The translations under genes and the position numbers were made by a program. DNA of 63,619 nucleotides, filler included. It is 5 parts of 5 records of this genome, joined end to end, with 100 filler letters (N's around TTAATTAATTAA, not from the genome) between each part and the next. Parts side by side here need not be neighbours in the genome. Positions count along the whole stretch, not along the records: positions 53,374 to 63,619 come from SRR31156797_858; 4 more parts are not named here. One strand, given 5' to 3'. The notes under the pieces were generated by a model. The model saw nothing but the letters and a program-made list of their open reading frames with translations, had not been told where the DNA came from and did not search any database. Of this stretch, positions 63,004 to 63,619 are shown piece by piece (position 1 is the first letter of the stretch; each line of letters starts with the position of its first letter).

Positions 63004-63619
63004 GTGAAAAAGACGTTCCTTTACGTACTTATCGCAGGTATCGGTTTCACCGCCTGTGATGGTAAAAAAAATGAGCAAAAAGCTGGAAATCCGTTTTTTG
63101 CAGAGTACAATACTCCACACCAAACACCTCCATTCGATTTAATTAAGTTCGAGCATTTCGAGCCTGCATTCACTCAAGGAATGGAAGAGGGTCGTACCGA
63201 AATTGATGCAATTGCAAACAATACTGAAGCTCCAACTTTCGAAAATACGATTGTTGCTTACGAAAAAGCTGGTGAATTACTAGGTAAAGTAAGCGATGTA
63301 TTCTATAACATCAAAGGATCGGAAAATAACGATTCAATTGCTGCTCTTGCTAAAAGATTATCTCCACTAATGACTGCTTATAGTGCAGATATTAGTTTGA
63401 ACGAAAATCTTTTCAAAAAAATCAAGTCTGTTTACGAGCAAAAAGATCAATTAGAACTTTCTGTTGAAGAACAAACTATGCTTGAGAAAATGTATCAGGG
63501 TTTTGTTCGCGGTGGTGCTAATCTTCCTGCTGACAAGAAAGATCAATTGCGTAAAATTGACGAACAACTTTCTAAGTTAACTCTTCAGTTTGGCGAGAAT
63601 GTTTTGAAAGAAACAAACA
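63004..63619 (+). CDS. dcp: M3-family metallopeptidase (Dcp-like) lipoprotein, 3' truncated; not in the ORF track
   Basis: GTG start, lipobox FTA-C, NPFF..TPPFDLIK..PAF, PTFENTI, FVRGGA, FGENVLKE. Confidence 0.88.
   Translation, partial: MKKTFLYVLIAGIGFTACDGKKNEQKAGNPFFAEYNTPHQTPPFDLIKFEHFEPAFTQGMEEGRTEIDAIANNTEAPTFENTIVAYEKAGELLGKVSDVFYNIKGSENNDSIAALAKRLSPLMTAYSADISLNENLFKKIKSVYEQKDQLELSVEEQTMLEKMYQGFVRGGANLPADKKDQLRKIDEQLSKLTLQFGENVLKETN

Overview
This window is not one locus. It is five unrelated bacterial contigs joined by artificial 100-nt spacers (N44-TTAATTAATTAA-N44) at 24172-24271, 31269-31368, 44419-44518 and 53274-53373, so no synteny can be inferred across spacers. Host assignments are inferred from gene content and sequence style. 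Contig 1 (1-24171, Clostridia-like): type II fatty-acid synthesis operon (accC-accD-accA-fabH-acpP-fabK-fabD-fabG-fabF-fabZ), an LnrLMN-like ABC exporter with a NarL-type two-component system, YdcF, a GT-C-like membrane protein, a split 2-hydroxyacyl-CoA dehydratase/activator pair, a small Cys-rich protein behind a SigK-type promoter, and gyrB-gyrA. Contig 2 (24272-31268, host unclear, uses Shine-Dalgarno signals): start of a flexirubin/aryl-polyene-type cluster (FjTAL-like ammonia-lyase, FabG, KAS, ACP, acyltransferase), a PPi-type PFK and a PAS kinase. Contig 3 (31369-44418, Arcobacteraceae-like): four GGDEF proteins around katG, including a translationally coupled TonB receptor/YfiR-like/diguanylate cyclase operon and a degenerate GGDEF, plus a DUF4857-type ABC system and a truncated P1B ATPase with the HNxxT motif of ferrosome FezB. 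Contig 4 (44519-53273, Bacteroidota): tdk, rsmI, YjjG and a SusC/SusD pair. Contig 5 (53374-63619, Bacteroidota, Marinifilaceae-like): ovoA, ABM-oxyR, mtnN-luxS, two DUF4251 paralogs each with its own sigma54 promoter, a U32 protein and a truncated M3 peptidase. Best candidates for poorly described systems: the TonB receptor-to-c-di-GMP operon, the SigK-driven duplicated-motif Cys-rich protein, the FezB-like ATPase, the sigma54-driven DUF4251 pair and the TAL/aryl-polyene cluster in an apparently non-Bacteroidota host. No rRNA, tRNA, CRISPR array or transposase was recognised.
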